Origin: an uncultured Acidobacteriota bacterium
Lineage (GTDB): Bacteria; Acidobacteriota; UBA6911; CAINFC01
NCBI GenBank assembly: GCA_964617125.1
Contig: CAZTVS010000004.1
Span: 12,196-76,195, forward strand
Length of the DNA: 64,000 bases
Reading direction: 5' to 3'
The translations under genes were made by a program, and so were the position numbers. The notes under the pieces are model-generated. The model did no database searches. It was not told the origin of the DNA and saw only the letters and a program-made list of their open reading frames with translations. Shown here piece by piece: positions 48,925 through 59,467 of this stretch. How positions within the stretch are numbered: position 1 is the stretch's first letter; each line of letters begins with the position of its first letter.

Positions 48925-50124
48925 ATGAAAAAATTAGGTGTTTTTGCGATTTTATATTGGCAGCTGCTTTTACCGGGTTTGGTCTTGGGGCAGAAGGCGG
49001 ATTTCTCCGCCGTTCCCGGAGTGGTAGTGGCGCATTCGCCCAAATCGAGCGGCCTCTATATCGGCTCACCCAGCATCTGTATCCTGCCCGATCGCAGTTA
49101 CGTGGCCTCCCACGATCTTTTCGGTCCGGCATCCAAGGAGACGGATGAACCCGTGACTCAGATATATCGCTCATCGGACAAGGGAAAAACCTGGAAACAG
49201 ATAGCCACGGTGAAAAAGCAGTTCTGGTCCTCGCTTTTTGTCCATAAAGATAAACTCTATTTGTTCGGAACCTCCGGACACCCGGGCGCCGTTTCCTTGC
49301 GCCGGTCCTCGGACGGCGGGCGGACCTGGACAGATGCCGTCGACGCAGAACACGGACTGCTGACAAGTGATGCCGTCTACCATTGTGCTCCTGTTCCGGT
49401 CCTGGTTCACCAGGGTAGGATCTGGCGGGCGGTGGAGGATACTCTGGGAGAGGTCAAAGGGTGGGGGAAAGAGTTCAGGGCTCTGATGATGTCGATACCT
49501 CTCGATGCCGATCTGATGGATGCCGCCCAATGGACCTTCAGCAACCGGCTGCCCTTCGATCCGAATTATCTGGACGGCAATTTCGGTGGCTGGCTGGAAG
49601 GGAATGCGGTTGTCACTCCCCGAGGTGAACTGGTCGATCTTCTCCGGGTCGATTATCGTGTAGGGGATGTGGAAAAGGCGGCCATGATACGCATCTCGGC
49701 CGATGGAAAAACAGCCGGCTTCAACCCGGAATCGGGATTCATCAATTTCCCCGGAGGCTGTAAAAAATTTACCGTCCGCTATGACGAAAAATCGAAACTC
49801 TATTGGACGCTGAGCAATTACATCCCCGAGGAATTCAAGGGCGGAAATGTGGAGAGGACAAGAAACACCCAAGCGTTAGCCTGTTCCAGGGATTTGAAAA
49901 AATGGAGAATAGCAAAAATCGTCCTGCAGCACCCGGACGTGGCCCATCACGGTTTTCAGTATCTCGATTGGCAATGGGAGGGGGATGACCTGATTGCCCT
50001 CTCGCGAACGGCCTATGAGGACGGGTTGGGCGGTGCCGACAATCAGCACAATGCCAATTTGCTCACCTTTCACCGGATAAAGGATTTCAGAAAATATGCC
50101 AAGAAGGCGACGGTCTACCCTTAG
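48925..50124 (+). CDS. Secreted BNR/Asp-box repeat glycosyl hydrolase (sialidase-like)
   Basis: Real start ATG at 48925 (MKKLGVFAILYWQLLLPGLVLG signal). Asp-box repeats SSDKGKTW and SSDGGRTW are present. The six-frame ORF's 5' extension overlaps the CN-hydrolase gene. Confidence 0.65.
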   Translation: MKKLGVFAILYWQLLLPGLVLGQKADFSAVPGVVVAHSPKSSGLYIGSPSICILPDRSYVASHDLFGPASKETDEPVTQIYRSSDKGKTWKQIATVKKQFWSSLFVHKDKLYLFGTSGHPGAVSLRRSSDGGRTWTDAVDAEHGLLTSDAVYHCAPVPVLVHQGRIWRAVEDTLGEVKGWGKEFRALMMSIPLDADLMDAAQWTFSNRLPFDPNYLDGNFGGWLEGNAVVTPRGELVDLLRVDYRVGDVEKAAMIRISADGKTAGFNPESGFINFPGGCKKFTVRYDEKSKLYWTLSNYIPEEFKGGNVERTRNTQALACSRDLKKWRIAKIVLQHPDVAHHGFQYLDWQWEGDDLIALSRTAYEDGLGGADNQHNANLLTFHRIKDFRKYAKKATVYP

Positions 50125-51083
50125 GACTCCGCAGGCGGTGAGCCTTTTTCGTCAAAAAGACAGATGCGATTACGCCCTTCCTTCTTGGCCTGATACAATG
50201 CGGAATCGGCAGCGGAGATCAGCAGGTCCATCCCTTCCCCCGGATACATGAATTTGACGCCGATGCTGATGGTTATGGACAGATTTCCGACCCGGGTGGG
50301 GATCTGGCTTTTCATGATGGCCAGACGCAGGCGTTCATACAATTTATTTACGTCGTTCTCTTTGACACCGGGGGTGACCAGTAAAAATTCCTCTCCGCCA
50401 AAACGGCCAAAATGGTCGAAATCACGTATCTGTTCTTTCAGGAGTTTGGTAAAGCCGATCAGGACCTCATCTCCGATGATGTGACCCTGGGTATCGTTGA
50501 CCCTTTTAAAGAAATCGATATCGCAGATACCGATGGCCAGGCCACTGCGATAGCGGCTCTCTCTTGATATTTCCTGGGACAGGGAGGCTTCGATCGACCG
50601 GCGATTCAGAATACCCGTCAGGGGATCATGGGTGGCTTCATAAAGCAGGGCATTTTGTGCGGCAATCAACTCCGTCTGCATCTCGATGATCCTTCTCCCG
50701 ACTTCAACCCTGGCACGGAGTTCCCCGGGATGAAAAGGTTTGGAAAGGTAGTCGTCGGCCCCCATGTCCAGCCCAATCACGATGTCGTTCTTTTCGCTGC
50801 GGGATGTCAACATGATCAGATACGGTTTGTCTTTGACGTGATAGCGATTTTCTTCCGATATCTTCGCGGCCGGTAATGAACGGACGCGGCGCACGATCTC
50901 CAGTCCATCGATGCCGGGCATCATCCAGTCGAGAATGGCCAGCTGTGGAGCGTCCGGTTTCTGCAGCTCCTCCCAGGCAGACAATCCATCCCCCTTTTCT
51001 ACGACCTCGTAGCCGATTTTCTTCAACAAGGAGGCCAGCATGGTACGCGAGATGAAATCGTCGTCGGCGATCAGTATCCTCAT
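50121..51083 (-). CDS. Response regulator with receiver + GGDEF (diguanylate cyclase) domains (PleD-like)
   Basis: The receiver (MRILIADDDFISR…LDWMMPGIDG) is followed by a GGDEF domain with GGEEF. Confidence 0.85.
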   Translation of the reverse strand: MRILIADDDFISRTMLASLLKKIGYEVVEKGDGLSAWEELQKPDAPQLAILDWMMPGIDGLEIVRRVRSLPAAKISEENRYHVKDKPYLIMLTSRSEKNDIVIGLDMGADDYLSKPFHPGELRARVEVGRRIIEMQTELIAAQNALLYEATHDPLTGILNRRSIEASLSQEISRESRYRSGLAIGICDIDFFKRVNDTQGHIIGDEVLIGFTKLLKEQIRDFDHFGRFGGEEFLLVTPGVKENDVNKLYERLRLAIMKSQIPTRVGNLSITISIGVKFMYPGEGMDLLISAADSALYQAKKEGRNRICLFDEKGSPPAES

Positions 51084-51120
51084 GAAAACACCCCCGTCTG
51101 CTCTTTATCCATCGTACCTG

Positions 51121-54100
51121 TTATTCTAATGGCGGAATTTCTCTTTTCATCGCTTCCTGGAGTCGGGCAAATTGGACCTCCATCTCCGGGATTTGTGCCT
51201 TTACGGAATGCAGGTCGCCGACTTTGGCCGCTTTTTCCATGGCAGCAGCCACCGCCCGCAGCTGTTCTCCCCCCACATTGGCGCTGGTGCCCTTGATCGT
51301 GTGGGCCTGACGTTCTACTCCGTTCCTATCGTCACTTTCCAGCATAGTCTTCAAGGTGCGGATCTGACATGGAATGTCCTTGAGAAATTCTTCCATGATG
51401 GAATGGGCCAGTTCGATGTCATCCAGCAAGCGTTCCATATACCCTTTCCGGTCAAATACCGGTACTCCCCGATCTGCCGCTTCTACCTTGCGGGCCTCCT
51501 CCGACTGTGGTTTCGGTTCCGTTATTCTCAGCCATTTCTTCAGGGTATCGCAGAGAGTTTTCGGGTTCACCGGTTTGGAGACATAATCGTTCATGCCCGC
51601 CTGCAGGCATTTTTCTTTGTCCCCCTGCATGGCATGAGCGGTCATGGCGATAATGGGGATGGCATGGTTCAGGACTTCTGATTGTGGATTGCGAATCCTT
51701 CGGGTTGTCTCCATTCCATCCAGGGTGGGCATCTGTACATCCATGAGGACCAGATCATAGGGGGTGGTGGCCAGAGACTGCAGGGCTTCCTCTCCGTTCA
51801 TGACCGCATCCGCCTGTAATCCCAGTTTTTTCAATATACCCAGGGCAACCTGCTGGTTGGTGAGATTGTCTTCGGCCAGGAGGATACGGGCCTCGTTACC
51901 GGCAAGAGGCTGCACCGATTCCCGGACGGAAAAACGGGTCATCAAGGAGGGATGATGTGTCGTTTTCTCGGCTTCTTTGTTTCCCAGAACCATAGACAGT
52001 AAATGATAAAGTTCGTGATGTTTCAGCGGCTTGGTCAGATAGCCGGCAAAACCGAGCTCGGAAAAATGCCGGGCGTCACCCCGGGTTCCGACCGATGTCA
52101 GCAGAACCATGAGGGTATCGGCCATCCGTTTGTCCTCCCTGATGGCCTTTCCAAGCATTTCTCCATCCATACCTGGCATCTGCATGTCGATTAAAGCTAG
52201 CCGGTATGGGTCACCCTCCTCACACGCTTGCAACAGGGAGCGGAGTGCCGCCGGTCCATCCGATGCCTCCGCCGTGCGCATGCCCCAGGAAGTCAGATGA
52301 AGATTCAGGATATCGCGGCCGGCTGCATTGTCATCGACGATCAAAATCCTTACGCCTTGAAGGTCTGCAGAAGGATGGATTTCTGCAGCCATATCTTGGG
52401 ACGGTTTGAGAAATTGCACCTTGAACCAGAATACCGAGCCATGACCCTCTTCACTGTCGACTCCGATCATACCCCCCATCATCTCGACCAGTTGTTTGGA
52501 AATGGCCAAGCCCAGACCGGTGCCTCCGTACTGACGTGTCGTGGAGGCATCCACCTGGGTGAATTTCTTGAATAAGGTCCCAATCTTGCTTTTCGGAATT
52601 CCGATCCCGGTGTCCTGCACCTGGAAGCACAGGAGCGATTTTTCTTCGATCTCCGCTTCCAGCATAACACGGATGGACACTTCTCCTTCTCTGGTGAATT
52701 TAATGGCGTTGCCTACCAGATTGGTAAGGATCTGGCGCAGACGACCGGGATCGCCACGCAGTCGCGAGGGTACGCCGGCATCCGCATGGCACAGCAATTC
52801 CAGCCCCTTCTCGTTGGCTCGAAAAGCCATGGTGTGAATAAACTCATCCAGCAGATCATGGAGATCGAAATCCAGGATTTCTAGATCTAGTTTTCCGGCT
52901 TCTATCTTGGAGAAGTCGAGAATGTCGTTGATCAGGCTGAGAAGGGATTCCGCGCTGCTTTCCACGATCTCGGCGAAATGCCGCTGTTCCTCTGAAAGCT
53001 GAGTGTCCAGCAGCAGCCCGGTCATACCGATGATGCCGTTGATGGGAGTACGGATTTCGTGGCTCATATTGGCCAGGAAAGCGCTTTTGGCGGCATTGGC
53101 GATCTGGGCCTGCACGGCCATTTTCTTAGCCATGAGCGTCTGTTGTTCCAGAGCCAGATTCATTTCGCTCAATTCCGCTTCCGCCCGTTTACGGTCGGTG
53201 ATGTCGTGAATAATACAATACAGAATTTCTTTATGATCGGAGGGAATGGGACCGGCATGCACCTCCACGTCCCGGATTTGCCCATCGGCCAGGCGATTTT
53301 GGAATTGGAAAGAAAAACGCCGCTGACAACGGGCTTCCTCCATGACTTGCAACATTTCCTTTGGAGGAAGAAGGATGGTATCCGTGACCTTTTTCTGCCG
53401 TATAACCTCGAGCGGATGGCCATAATAGCTGCAGGCGGCCGGATTGGCATCGAGGATCTTTCCATCCACCGGGTCGAGCAGAACCTGAATGGATCGGTTC
53501 TTTTGGAACATGGCACGATATCGTTCTTCGCTCCTCTGCAACTCGATTCTCTTTTGAAATTCTTCGGTCACATCCCGGAAAACAAGTACGGATCCTAGGA
53601 TCTTCCCGTCGGCGCTGCGAATCGGGGCGCAATTCAAGGCAATACGGTATTCCGCACGGTTTTGGGATAGGAGTAGGATTTCATCGACCGTTTTCCCGGT
53701 GGTTCCCTCCTTCAAGGCATGGGAAATCAAAGTATCGGCCATGGTCTGCATGTCGGCATTCAAAAAGCGGAGTACATCCCGGATTGGACGGCCGATGGTT
53801 TCCGTGTTGCTGTATCCGGTCAATCGTTCGGCCACAGAATTCAGATTGGTGATTCGACCGTCGGCATCGGTGGTGATGACGCCGTCCCCGATAGACCTAA
53901 AAGTGGCTGAAAGCTGTTCTTCCCTCTCCTGCAACTCGGCGGTCCTTAGGGCAACCATCCTTTCCAGGAGCTGGCGCCGGCGAAGGCTTAGTCCCAGCAC
54001 TGCGGTCATCGAGGCAGTCAGCACCAATCCCGTCAAGGCAATGAGCCATCCTGTCCGCAGCGGATGAGTGCGTTCGAACTCCGGACCTGCATAGGTTCGA

Positions 54101-55623
54101 ACCGCCAGGACTTTGTTTAATAACAAAATGGGATGTTGCGAGGATAATCCCGTTGGGGGATGTTCGTTTGCAGGAAAAGAGGACACCAGGGGGTTGCTCT
54201 TGCCTTCCCGGTGAAGCATTAAGAGTTCGAAAGAGGTAAAGGCATCGGACTTGGCATCCGACAGCAGTCCATCCAGTCTCAGGATCAGAACGGCGAAGCC
54301 GCGTATCTGTTTCGTTCCCTTGCTCCCATAAACGGGTCGACACAGCAACATGCCCTTACGGTCACCGCCTTCGTGGGGTAGCAGAAACGGATCGGATCCT
54401 GTCATCAGGCCGGTATGCATCGCCTCTTCCAGGAACATCCTTCGATTCCGTTCCGAACCCAGATCGAATCCCAGAGTCATTTCTATTTCGGTCTGGCTGG
54501 TGCTCCGAGCGATCGGATAATACACATCGCGACCGGAAGCGGGAATTCGCTCCGCCGCCAGGCCTTCTTGCCAAATGGAAAAATCAGCCTGTCCATTCCG
54601 GCGAGATTCCATTTCGAATCGGGACTTATCGCTCTCGGTAATCGATGGAACCCATGCCCATGCCTGGGCCATCGGATTTTGCACCAGGTGGCGGGTATAG
54701 GATTGAAACTCCTCCGCCGAGTTTTCCACGGAGCTTTGGTAAAAACTGGCCAGACCTTCCAATTGCACTTTGCAGAGAACCGTCAGATTCTGAATGATAC
54801 GGGCCACTTTATTCTCAGCCAGGTTACGGAAGGAATTCGCCCGATTGCGGGCATCCATTTCCTGTATCGTCTGTGCGGCAAAAAGTGTCAGGATCAGACC
54901 GATCGCCACTGCCAGGATTTGTTCGAGAAACCACATCCAGTTGGGTGCCGCCGGATGCCGGGCGCGCCTTGCCAGCATCCACATACCGATGGAAAGCACG
55001 ATCGCCAGCATCAGAACGAGAAGAACTGTGGGCAGGAGAGCCTGAGCGATGTCTCGCCTCCAGGTGCTGGCATTAAAGTCCATTCCGACCACGGCGATGA
55101 TCTCGCCTGAAGCCTTGTCGATCATCGGTACCAGAGGGGAAACCCAGATCCCCCAGCGGTCGGAAATCGGGCCTTCGACAAGGGAGATGTGGTCGTTGAA
55201 AACCTGAAGAAGGTCTTCCGAAACATCTTCGTAGGTCTGTCCTGGAGGAGAATAGTCTTCCGATTCGGGCGGTTCGGAATCGACGAAGAAAAAAACCTCG
55301 CCGCTTTTTCTCCGGCCCATCAGATACAGAAAACGGCATTTGGGATCGTTCTGACGAAGCAGGATCAGTTGCTCTTTCAGCCTCAGGTAAATGGGCGATT
55401 CGAGATCCGCCTCCGTTCCGGTAAGCGACCGGATGGAATCGGTGTCCAGAGCTTCGACAATCAAGCGTGTGCGATATAGCTGATCATCCCGCAGGTCGCG
55501 GTCGGCGGTGACAGTCATCCACCATAGGCCGAAAATTCCGGCCGCTGCCGTGATCCCGAGGAGGATGACTGTGCACAGAAACCTGTACCTGAATGTTTTC
55601 TGAACCGGTCTGCTGGTACTCAT
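51121..55623 (-). CDS. Large multidomain hybrid sensor histidine kinase (TM/extracytoplasmic sensor, PAS, HisKA-HATPase, two REC, Hpt)
   Basis: 1500 aa with N-terminal TM helices and a PAS-like region. The H-box ([14 protein letters not shown]), HATPase (DTGIGI…[13 protein letters not shown]), two D-containing receiver domains and a C-terminal Hpt ([11 protein letters not shown]) follow. The gene lies upstream of the REC-GGDEF gene. Confidence 0.85.
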   Translation of the reverse strand: MSTSRPVQKTFRYRFLCTVILLGITAAAGIFGLWWMTVTADRDLRDDQLYRTRLIVEALDTDSIRSLTGTEADLESPIYLRLKEQLILLRQNDPKCRFLYLMGRRKSGEVFFFVDSEPPESEDYSPPGQTYEDVSEDLLQVFNDHISLVEGPISDRWGIWVSPLVPMIDKASGEIIAVVGMDFNASTWRRDIAQALLPTVLLVLMLAIVLSIGMWMLARRARHPAAPNWMWFLEQILAVAIGLILTLFAAQTIQEMDARNRANSFRNLAENKVARIIQNLTVLCKVQLEGLASFYQSSVENSAEEFQSYTRHLVQNPMAQAWAWVPSITESDKSRFEMESRRNGQADFSIWQEGLAAERIPASGRDVYYPIARSTSQTEIEMTLGFDLGSERNRRMFLEEAMHTGLMTGSDPFLLPHEGGDRKGMLLCRPVYGSKGTKQIRGFAVLILRLDGLLSDAKSDAFTSFELLMLHREGKSNPLVSSFPANEHPPTGLSSQHPILLLNKVLAVRTYAGPEFERTHPLRTGWLIALTGLVLTASMTAVLGLSLRRRQLLERMVALRTAELQEREEQLSATFRSIGDGVITTDADGRITNLNSVAERLTGYSNTETIGRPIRDVLRFLNADMQTMADTLISHALKEGTTGKTVDEILLLSQNRAEYRIALNCAPIRSADGKILGSVLVFRDVTEEFQKRIELQRSEERYRAMFQKNRSIQVLLDPVDGKILDANPAACSYYGHPLEVIRQKKVTDTILLPPKEMLQVMEEARCQRRFSFQFQNRLADGQIRDVEVHAGPIPSDHKEILYCIIHDITDRKRAEAELSEMNLALEQQTLMAKKMAVQAQIANAAKSAFLANMSHEIRTPINGIIGMTGLLLDTQLSEEQRHFAEIVESSAESLLSLINDILDFSKIEAGKLDLEILDFDLHDLLDEFIHTMAFRANEKGLELLCHADAGVPSRLRGDPGRLRQILTNLVGNAIKFTREGEVSIRVMLEAEIEEKSLLCFQVQDTGIGIPKSKIGTLFKKFTQVDASTTRQYGGTGLGLAISKQLVEMMGGMIGVDSEEGHGSVFWFKVQFLKPSQDMAAEIHPSADLQGVRILIVDDNAAGRDILNLHLTSWGMRTAEASDGPAALRSLLQACEEGDPYRLALIDMQMPGMDGEMLGKAIREDKRMADTLMVLLTSVGTRGDARHFSELGFAGYLTKPLKHHELYHLLSMVLGNKEAEKTTHHPSLMTRFSVRESVQPLAGNEARILLAEDNLTNQQVALGILKKLGLQADAVMNGEEALQSLATTPYDLVLMDVQMPTLDGMETTRRIRNPQSEVLNHAIPIIAMTAHAMQGDKEKCLQAGMNDYVSKPVNPKTLCDTLKKWLRITEPKPQSEEARKVEAADRGVPVFDRKGYMERLLDDIELAHSIMEEFLKDIPCQIRTLKTMLESDDRNGVERQAHTIKGTSANVGGEQLRAVAAAMEKAAKVGDLHSVKAQIPEMEVQFARLQEAMKREIPPLE

Positions 55624-55872
55624 TTTCTTTTAAAAATTTTCGGGTTCGCTCTGAGATAAAAACGAACCTGTTTTCCCCTCTCTGCGGGAAGAACGCATGC
55701 GTAACTTTTCTTAGTATTATCCTACTTTTTTATTTGGTGCCATGGAATCACGATTTTTTTCCTGGTAAATGCCGGGAGCGCCGGCATCCTGCCGGCAAAA
55801 GCAACGGCATCTATATGGAATTAAGGAAAGAAACGGAACGAAGACTTAGGATGAAGTCGCAAAAAAGCATTT

Positions 55873-56009
55873 CCGGGAGCGCCGCACGCCAGTGCGGCAG
55901 GAGAACATGGATTACAAGGAATTCCTTTCTGTGCCATCCGATCCGGCGATGCAAGGAAGAAGAAAGGGATACACATCTACCTTGCCGCACTGGGGTGCGG
56001 CGCTCCCGG
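55873..56009. repeat. Imperfect ~29-bp inverted repeats (each with its own GCCGCAC-N4-GTGCGGC hairpin) flanking a 78-nt spacer; related GGGAGCGCCGGCATCC motif nearby (55771-55796)
   Basis: The reverse complement of the 55873-55901 arm (CCGGGAGCGCCGCACGCCAGTGCGGCAGG) matches 55980-56009 with 1 indel and 1 mismatch. The intergenic region is 466 nt long. Confidence 0.8.
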
Positions 56010-56089
56010 CATCCCATTTCGGATCGATACGGAATACGGAATAAAGTGAAATCGATTTTTTTACGACTCCATCGCTTATGACCGGTCCA

Positions 56090-57349
56090 TTACCTGACAT
56101 GGCGGCGTACGATGCCATCTCGGCGGGTGGGCATTCTCTGGTAGAGCTGGACCGCTTGATTGTGATCAGTCAAGTTGGCGGAAAATTGGTGCCCCCCGTC
56201 GCCCTTGGCCACGAAATAAAGATAATTGTTTTCTGCCGGATGCAGGGCTGCCTCCAGGGAAGCTTCTCCCGGACTGGCGATCGGACCGGGAGGGAGTCCC
56301 GGAAAACGATAGGTGTTGTAGGGGGAATCCAGATTCAAATCGCTTTGACGAATGACCCCATCGTATTTCCCGATCCGGCTGGAGGCATAGACGACCGTCG
56401 GATCGCATTGCAGGCGCATTCCCAGCTTCAATCTCCGGTGAAATACCGCGGAGACGAGGGGGCGTTCCACCGGCAGGGAGGTTTCTCTTTCAATCAGGGA
56501 TGCCAGCACCACCATGTCCCGCAGGCTGAATCCCATTTCCCGGGCCCGATTCTGTTTGGCCGGAGGAAAGGCACTCTGAAACCGCTGGACCATGCGCGTT
56601 ATCATTTCCCGGGCGCTTGTCCCCCGGGTATAGAAATAGGTGTCGGGAAAGAGATATCCTTCCAGGTCAACGGCTCGCGGATCCAGCTCTTGAATCGGTT
56701 CCGGATTGGCCAGCAGAGACCGGATCTCCTGCAGAGTGCCGAACCCCTTGGAGACCAGTATCTCTCCGATCTGGCGAAGGTCCCAGCCTTCGGGAATGGT
56801 GAGTGTGCGGTAGTGCACTTTTCCCTGGATCAAAATCTCCAGCACTTCCCGGAGGGATGGTGAAGGTGCAAACCGGTATTCTCCGGCCTTGAGGCCGCCA
56901 CGATTGTCGTTCCACCAGAGGTAAGCATAGGCAAGTGTCCGCCGCGAGGACGGGATGATCCCCTCCGTCACCAGCTGCTGGAGAATCTGCTGCGTATGAC
57001 TTCCCGGGGCTATCCAAATTACTTTGCCGGCGTCACCGGCTCTGGGGAAAGGGATGTCCAACTGATGTATCCACCCCCAGAAGCCTATGCTGCCTAAGGT
57101 CAAGGCAAGAACCGGAACGGCTGCAAGCAGGAGGAGGAGTTTGCTTTTTCTGGAAAATCGCCCCGGTTTTTCCGGAGTGTTTTCCGGATTTTCCCCTTCT
57201 GTCGTATGGACCGGTTCCAGCGGCAAAGGTGCTTTGGACCACCATTTCTCATGGAAAGCCCGGATACGGAGGAAGCGGTCCTTCAGGCGGGAAGAGAAGG
57301 CACGAAGTTGATCCACCATTCGAGCCGGATGTAAGATTCGGATTTTCAT
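56090..57349 (-). CDS. mltG: Endolytic murein transglycosylase MltG (YceG family)
   Basis: The YceG-like motif QCDPTVVYA and an N-terminal TM anchor are present. The gene is directly downstream of ruvX, which is the conserved yqgF-yceG arrangement. Confidence 0.75.
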   Translation of the reverse strand: MKIRILHPARMVDQLRAFSSRLKDRFLRIRAFHEKWWSKAPLPLEPVHTTEGENPENTPEKPGRFSRKSKLLLLLAAVPVLALTLGSIGFWGWIHQLDIPFPRAGDAGKVIWIAPGSHTQQILQQLVTEGIIPSSRRTLAYAYLWWNDNRGGLKAGEYRFAPSPSLREVLEILIQGKVHYRTLTIPEGWDLRQIGEILVSKGFGTLQEIRSLLANPEPIQELDPRAVDLEGYLFPDTYFYTRGTSAREMITRMVQRFQSAFPPAKQNRAREMGFSLRDMVVLASLIERETSLPVERPLVSAVFHRRLKLGMRLQCDPTVVYASSRIGKYDGVIRQSDLNLDSPYNTYRFPGLPPGPIASPGEASLEAALHPAENNYLYFVAKGDGGHQFSANLTDHNQAVQLYQRMPTRRDGIVRRHVR

Positions 57350-57375
57350 TGCAGTGACTCTCCCGCCGGCGACGA

Positions 57376-57828
57376 TCAGGGATGGGAGGGATCTTCTCCG
57401 TTAAGAAAACGCTGAAGAATGACAGCGGCGGCCTGGGAATCGAAATTCGTATTCGATGCGGCTGATGATCTTTTCCCGGGATCGCGATTTTCTTTGCAGT
57501 AGCTTTCCGCCTCCAGCGAAGAGAGGCGTTCATCCATCCAGTGAAGCGGAAGGGCAATCCTTTTCTGCAGTTTTCCGGCAAAGGACAGGACTCTTGGAGT
57601 CAGATGTCCGGCGGTCCCATCCATATTGAGAGGCAGGCCGATCACCATGGCCGTCACCCGCCACTCCTCGACCAATTGGCTCAGGCGGTCCAGAGCGGAG
57701 TGATCGGCCCGGCGATGTATGATCTCCAGAGGTGTAGCCAGAAGGTGCAGCTCATCGCTGACAGCCACACCGATGTTGACCTCCCCGAAATCGATACCCA
57801 TGATCCGTCCTGTAGTGATATCTTGCAT
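57376..57828 (-). CDS. ruvX: Putative pre-16S rRNA nuclease / Holliday-junction resolvase-like protein YqgF (RuvX)
   Basis: MGIDFGEVNIGVAVSD…PLEI is the RuvX signature. The start is possibly the internal ATG at 57799-57801. Confidence 0.8.
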   Translation of the reverse strand: MQDITTGRIMGIDFGEVNIGVAVSDELHLLATPLEIIHRRADHSALDRLSQLVEEWRVTAMVIGLPLNMDGTAGHLTPRVLSFAGKLQKRIALPLHWMDERLSSLEAESYCKENRDPGKRSSAASNTNFDSQAAAVILQRFLNGEDPSHP

Positions 57829-57846
57829 CCCAACTCCCGCTCAAAT

Positions 57847-57852
57847 TATAAT
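57847..57852 (+). promoter_or_regulatory. Candidate -10 element (TATAAT) in the AT-rich divergent ruvX/ctpA intergenic region
   Basis: tcaaattataatatagctgaaaggtgaaaaATG. TATAAT lies 19 nt upstream of the ctpA ATG, and an AGGTGA RBS-like element follows. Confidence 0.25.
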
Positions 57853-57870
57853 ATAGCTGAAAGGTGAAAA

Positions 57871-59205
57871 ATGAATTCTACAATAAAGTTTTTAATCGGG
57901 GTTTGTTCCTTGCTGGTGGTCGGATATGTGGCCATGGCCATGTTTTACGGACAGATGGTGGCGGTGGAGGGAGATGCCTACCGGGAACTGGCCATTTTCG
58001 TCGATGTGCTGAAAAAGGTGAGCGACGATTATGTAGAGGCCCCCAACATGTCCAAGGTGATGAATGGGGCCATGCGCGGGTTGGTGGAATCGCTGGATCC
58101 GTATGGTGGCTATTTCAGCAAAGAACAGCTGGCAGAAATCAACCGGAAGCTGGAACAGCAAAAAGGGGACATAGGAGTCGTGCTTGGGAAAAAGCCGGAG
58201 CTGGTCTATGCTCTTTCGGTTTTGGATGGCTCTTCCGGTCAGAAAGCAGGTATACGCCCGGGCGATTTTATCCTGTCGGTGAATGGCGTTTCCACCTATT
58301 CCCAGCACCTTAGGGAAACGGAAGCTGCCCTTCGCGGTCCTGTCGGTTCGGAGTTTACCTTGGAAGTCTTGCGCGGTTCGAGATCAGAGCCGATCGAACT
58401 GAAACTGGTACGAGAGGAGATGCGCTGGCCGGAAATTTCACAAAAATTGCTTTCCGACAGTATCGGTATCCTGAAAATCCCCTATCTTCATTCACAGGCA
58501 GCCGCCGAATTCAAAACAAAGTGGAAAACGCTGCAATCGGCCGGTGCCTCCAAATTCATTCTGGATTTGCGTTACACCGCCGCCGGCGATTTCGGACAGG
58601 CAATGGAAATCGCCAATTTCTTCATCGAGAAAGGCGTGCTTGCTTACACGCAGGGTAAAACCAAGGCGCGACGTGATATAAATGCCGATCCCGCCCTTTA
58701 CCTCTGCCGGCAACCGTTGGTCGTATTGACCAACAACTATACCGCCGGTCCGGCCGAGCTGCTCGCCGGGGCCATCAAGGACACCGGCCGGGGCAAAATT
58801 GTCGGCGAGAAAAGTTTCGGGCAGGGATCTCTTCTGGATACCATCGAGCTGAAGGACGGATCGGTTCTGCTGCTGACGACGGCTTTCTACTACACCCCTT
58901 CCGGAAAAGCGCTGCAGTCGGAGAACAACAAACAGACCGGTATTCTGCCGGACATCGTTTCTCCCGAAGAAAAGATCAAAGCGGACGTCATCCTGAAAAA
59001 TTATCTGCATAGTAAAGACGATGACAGCGATACCGGTTACAGGCAGCTGATGGAAGAGATCGAGGGACTGCAGCTGAAAAAAGCGCTGGAGATCCTTCAG
59101 GATGTGAAATCGGACCAGGTACCTAAAGCTGAAGGTCTCCCGCATCGGGAATCGAGGGAGAGGATACCCTCGCAAGGGTCCGTTATCCCTATGGAAGCAG
59201 CCTGA
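57871..59205 (+). CDS. ctpA: Carboxyl-terminal processing peptidase (S41 family, PDZ-containing)
   Basis: N-terminal TM/signal sequence, a PDZ region (GDFILSVNGVS) and an S41 catalytic region (LVVLTNNYTAGPAELLAGAIKDTGRGKIVGEKSFGQGS). Confidence 0.8.
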   Translation: MNSTIKFLIGVCSLLVVGYVAMAMFYGQMVAVEGDAYRELAIFVDVLKKVSDDYVEAPNMSKVMNGAMRGLVESLDPYGGYFSKEQLAEINRKLEQQKGDIGVVLGKKPELVYALSVLDGSSGQKAGIRPGDFILSVNGVSTYSQHLRETEAALRGPVGSEFTLEVLRGSRSEPIELKLVREEMRWPEISQKLLSDSIGILKIPYLHSQAAAEFKTKWKTLQSAGASKFILDLRYTAAGDFGQAMEIANFFIEKGVLAYTQGKTKARRDINADPALYLCRQPLVVLTNNYTAGPAELLAGAIKDTGRGKIVGEKSFGQGSLLDTIELKDGSVLLLTTAFYYTPSGKALQSENNKQTGILPDIVSPEEKIKADVILKNYLHSKDDDSDTGYRQLMEEIEGLQLKKALEILQDVKSDQVPKAEGLPHRESRERIPSQGSVIPMEAA

Positions 59206-59269
59206 TTGAGAAAAAGCCGGTTAAGATGTTGACAGAACCACCTAGTATTTGATATTTTAACACCCTCGT

Positions 59270-59344
59270 AGGTGCGTAGCTCAGGGGGAGAGCACTTCCC
59301 TGACACGGAAGGGGTCAGCGGTTCAAATCCGCTCGCACCTACCA
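59270..59344 (+). tRNA. tRNA-Val (anticodon GAC)
   Basis: A cloverleaf was folded by eye. The acceptor stem is AGGTGCG/CGCACCT and the D-arm AGCTCAGGGGGAGAGC. The anticodon stem CTTCC/GGAAG carries loop CTGACAC (anticodon GAC). The T-arm is GGTTCAAATCC, followed by discriminator A and an encoded CCA. Confidence 0.85.
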
Positions 59345-59467
59345 TTTTCTATCTCTAGCATATAGAAACATTGGAATACGGCGACAAAAGGGTCTTACAG
59401 GCTCTGAAGTCTGAGCTCAGATAGACTGAGTGCGGATGGAAGGGCTTTTTTATTATTTTAAAGAAGA

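Noticed and set aside
55593-56081. 162-aa plus-strand ORF spanning the kinase–mltG intergenic region
   Set aside because: It is composed largely of the palindromic repeat elements and overlaps the kinase start. Its Arg/Cys-rich translation is atypical. It is better explained as non-coding repeat sequence.
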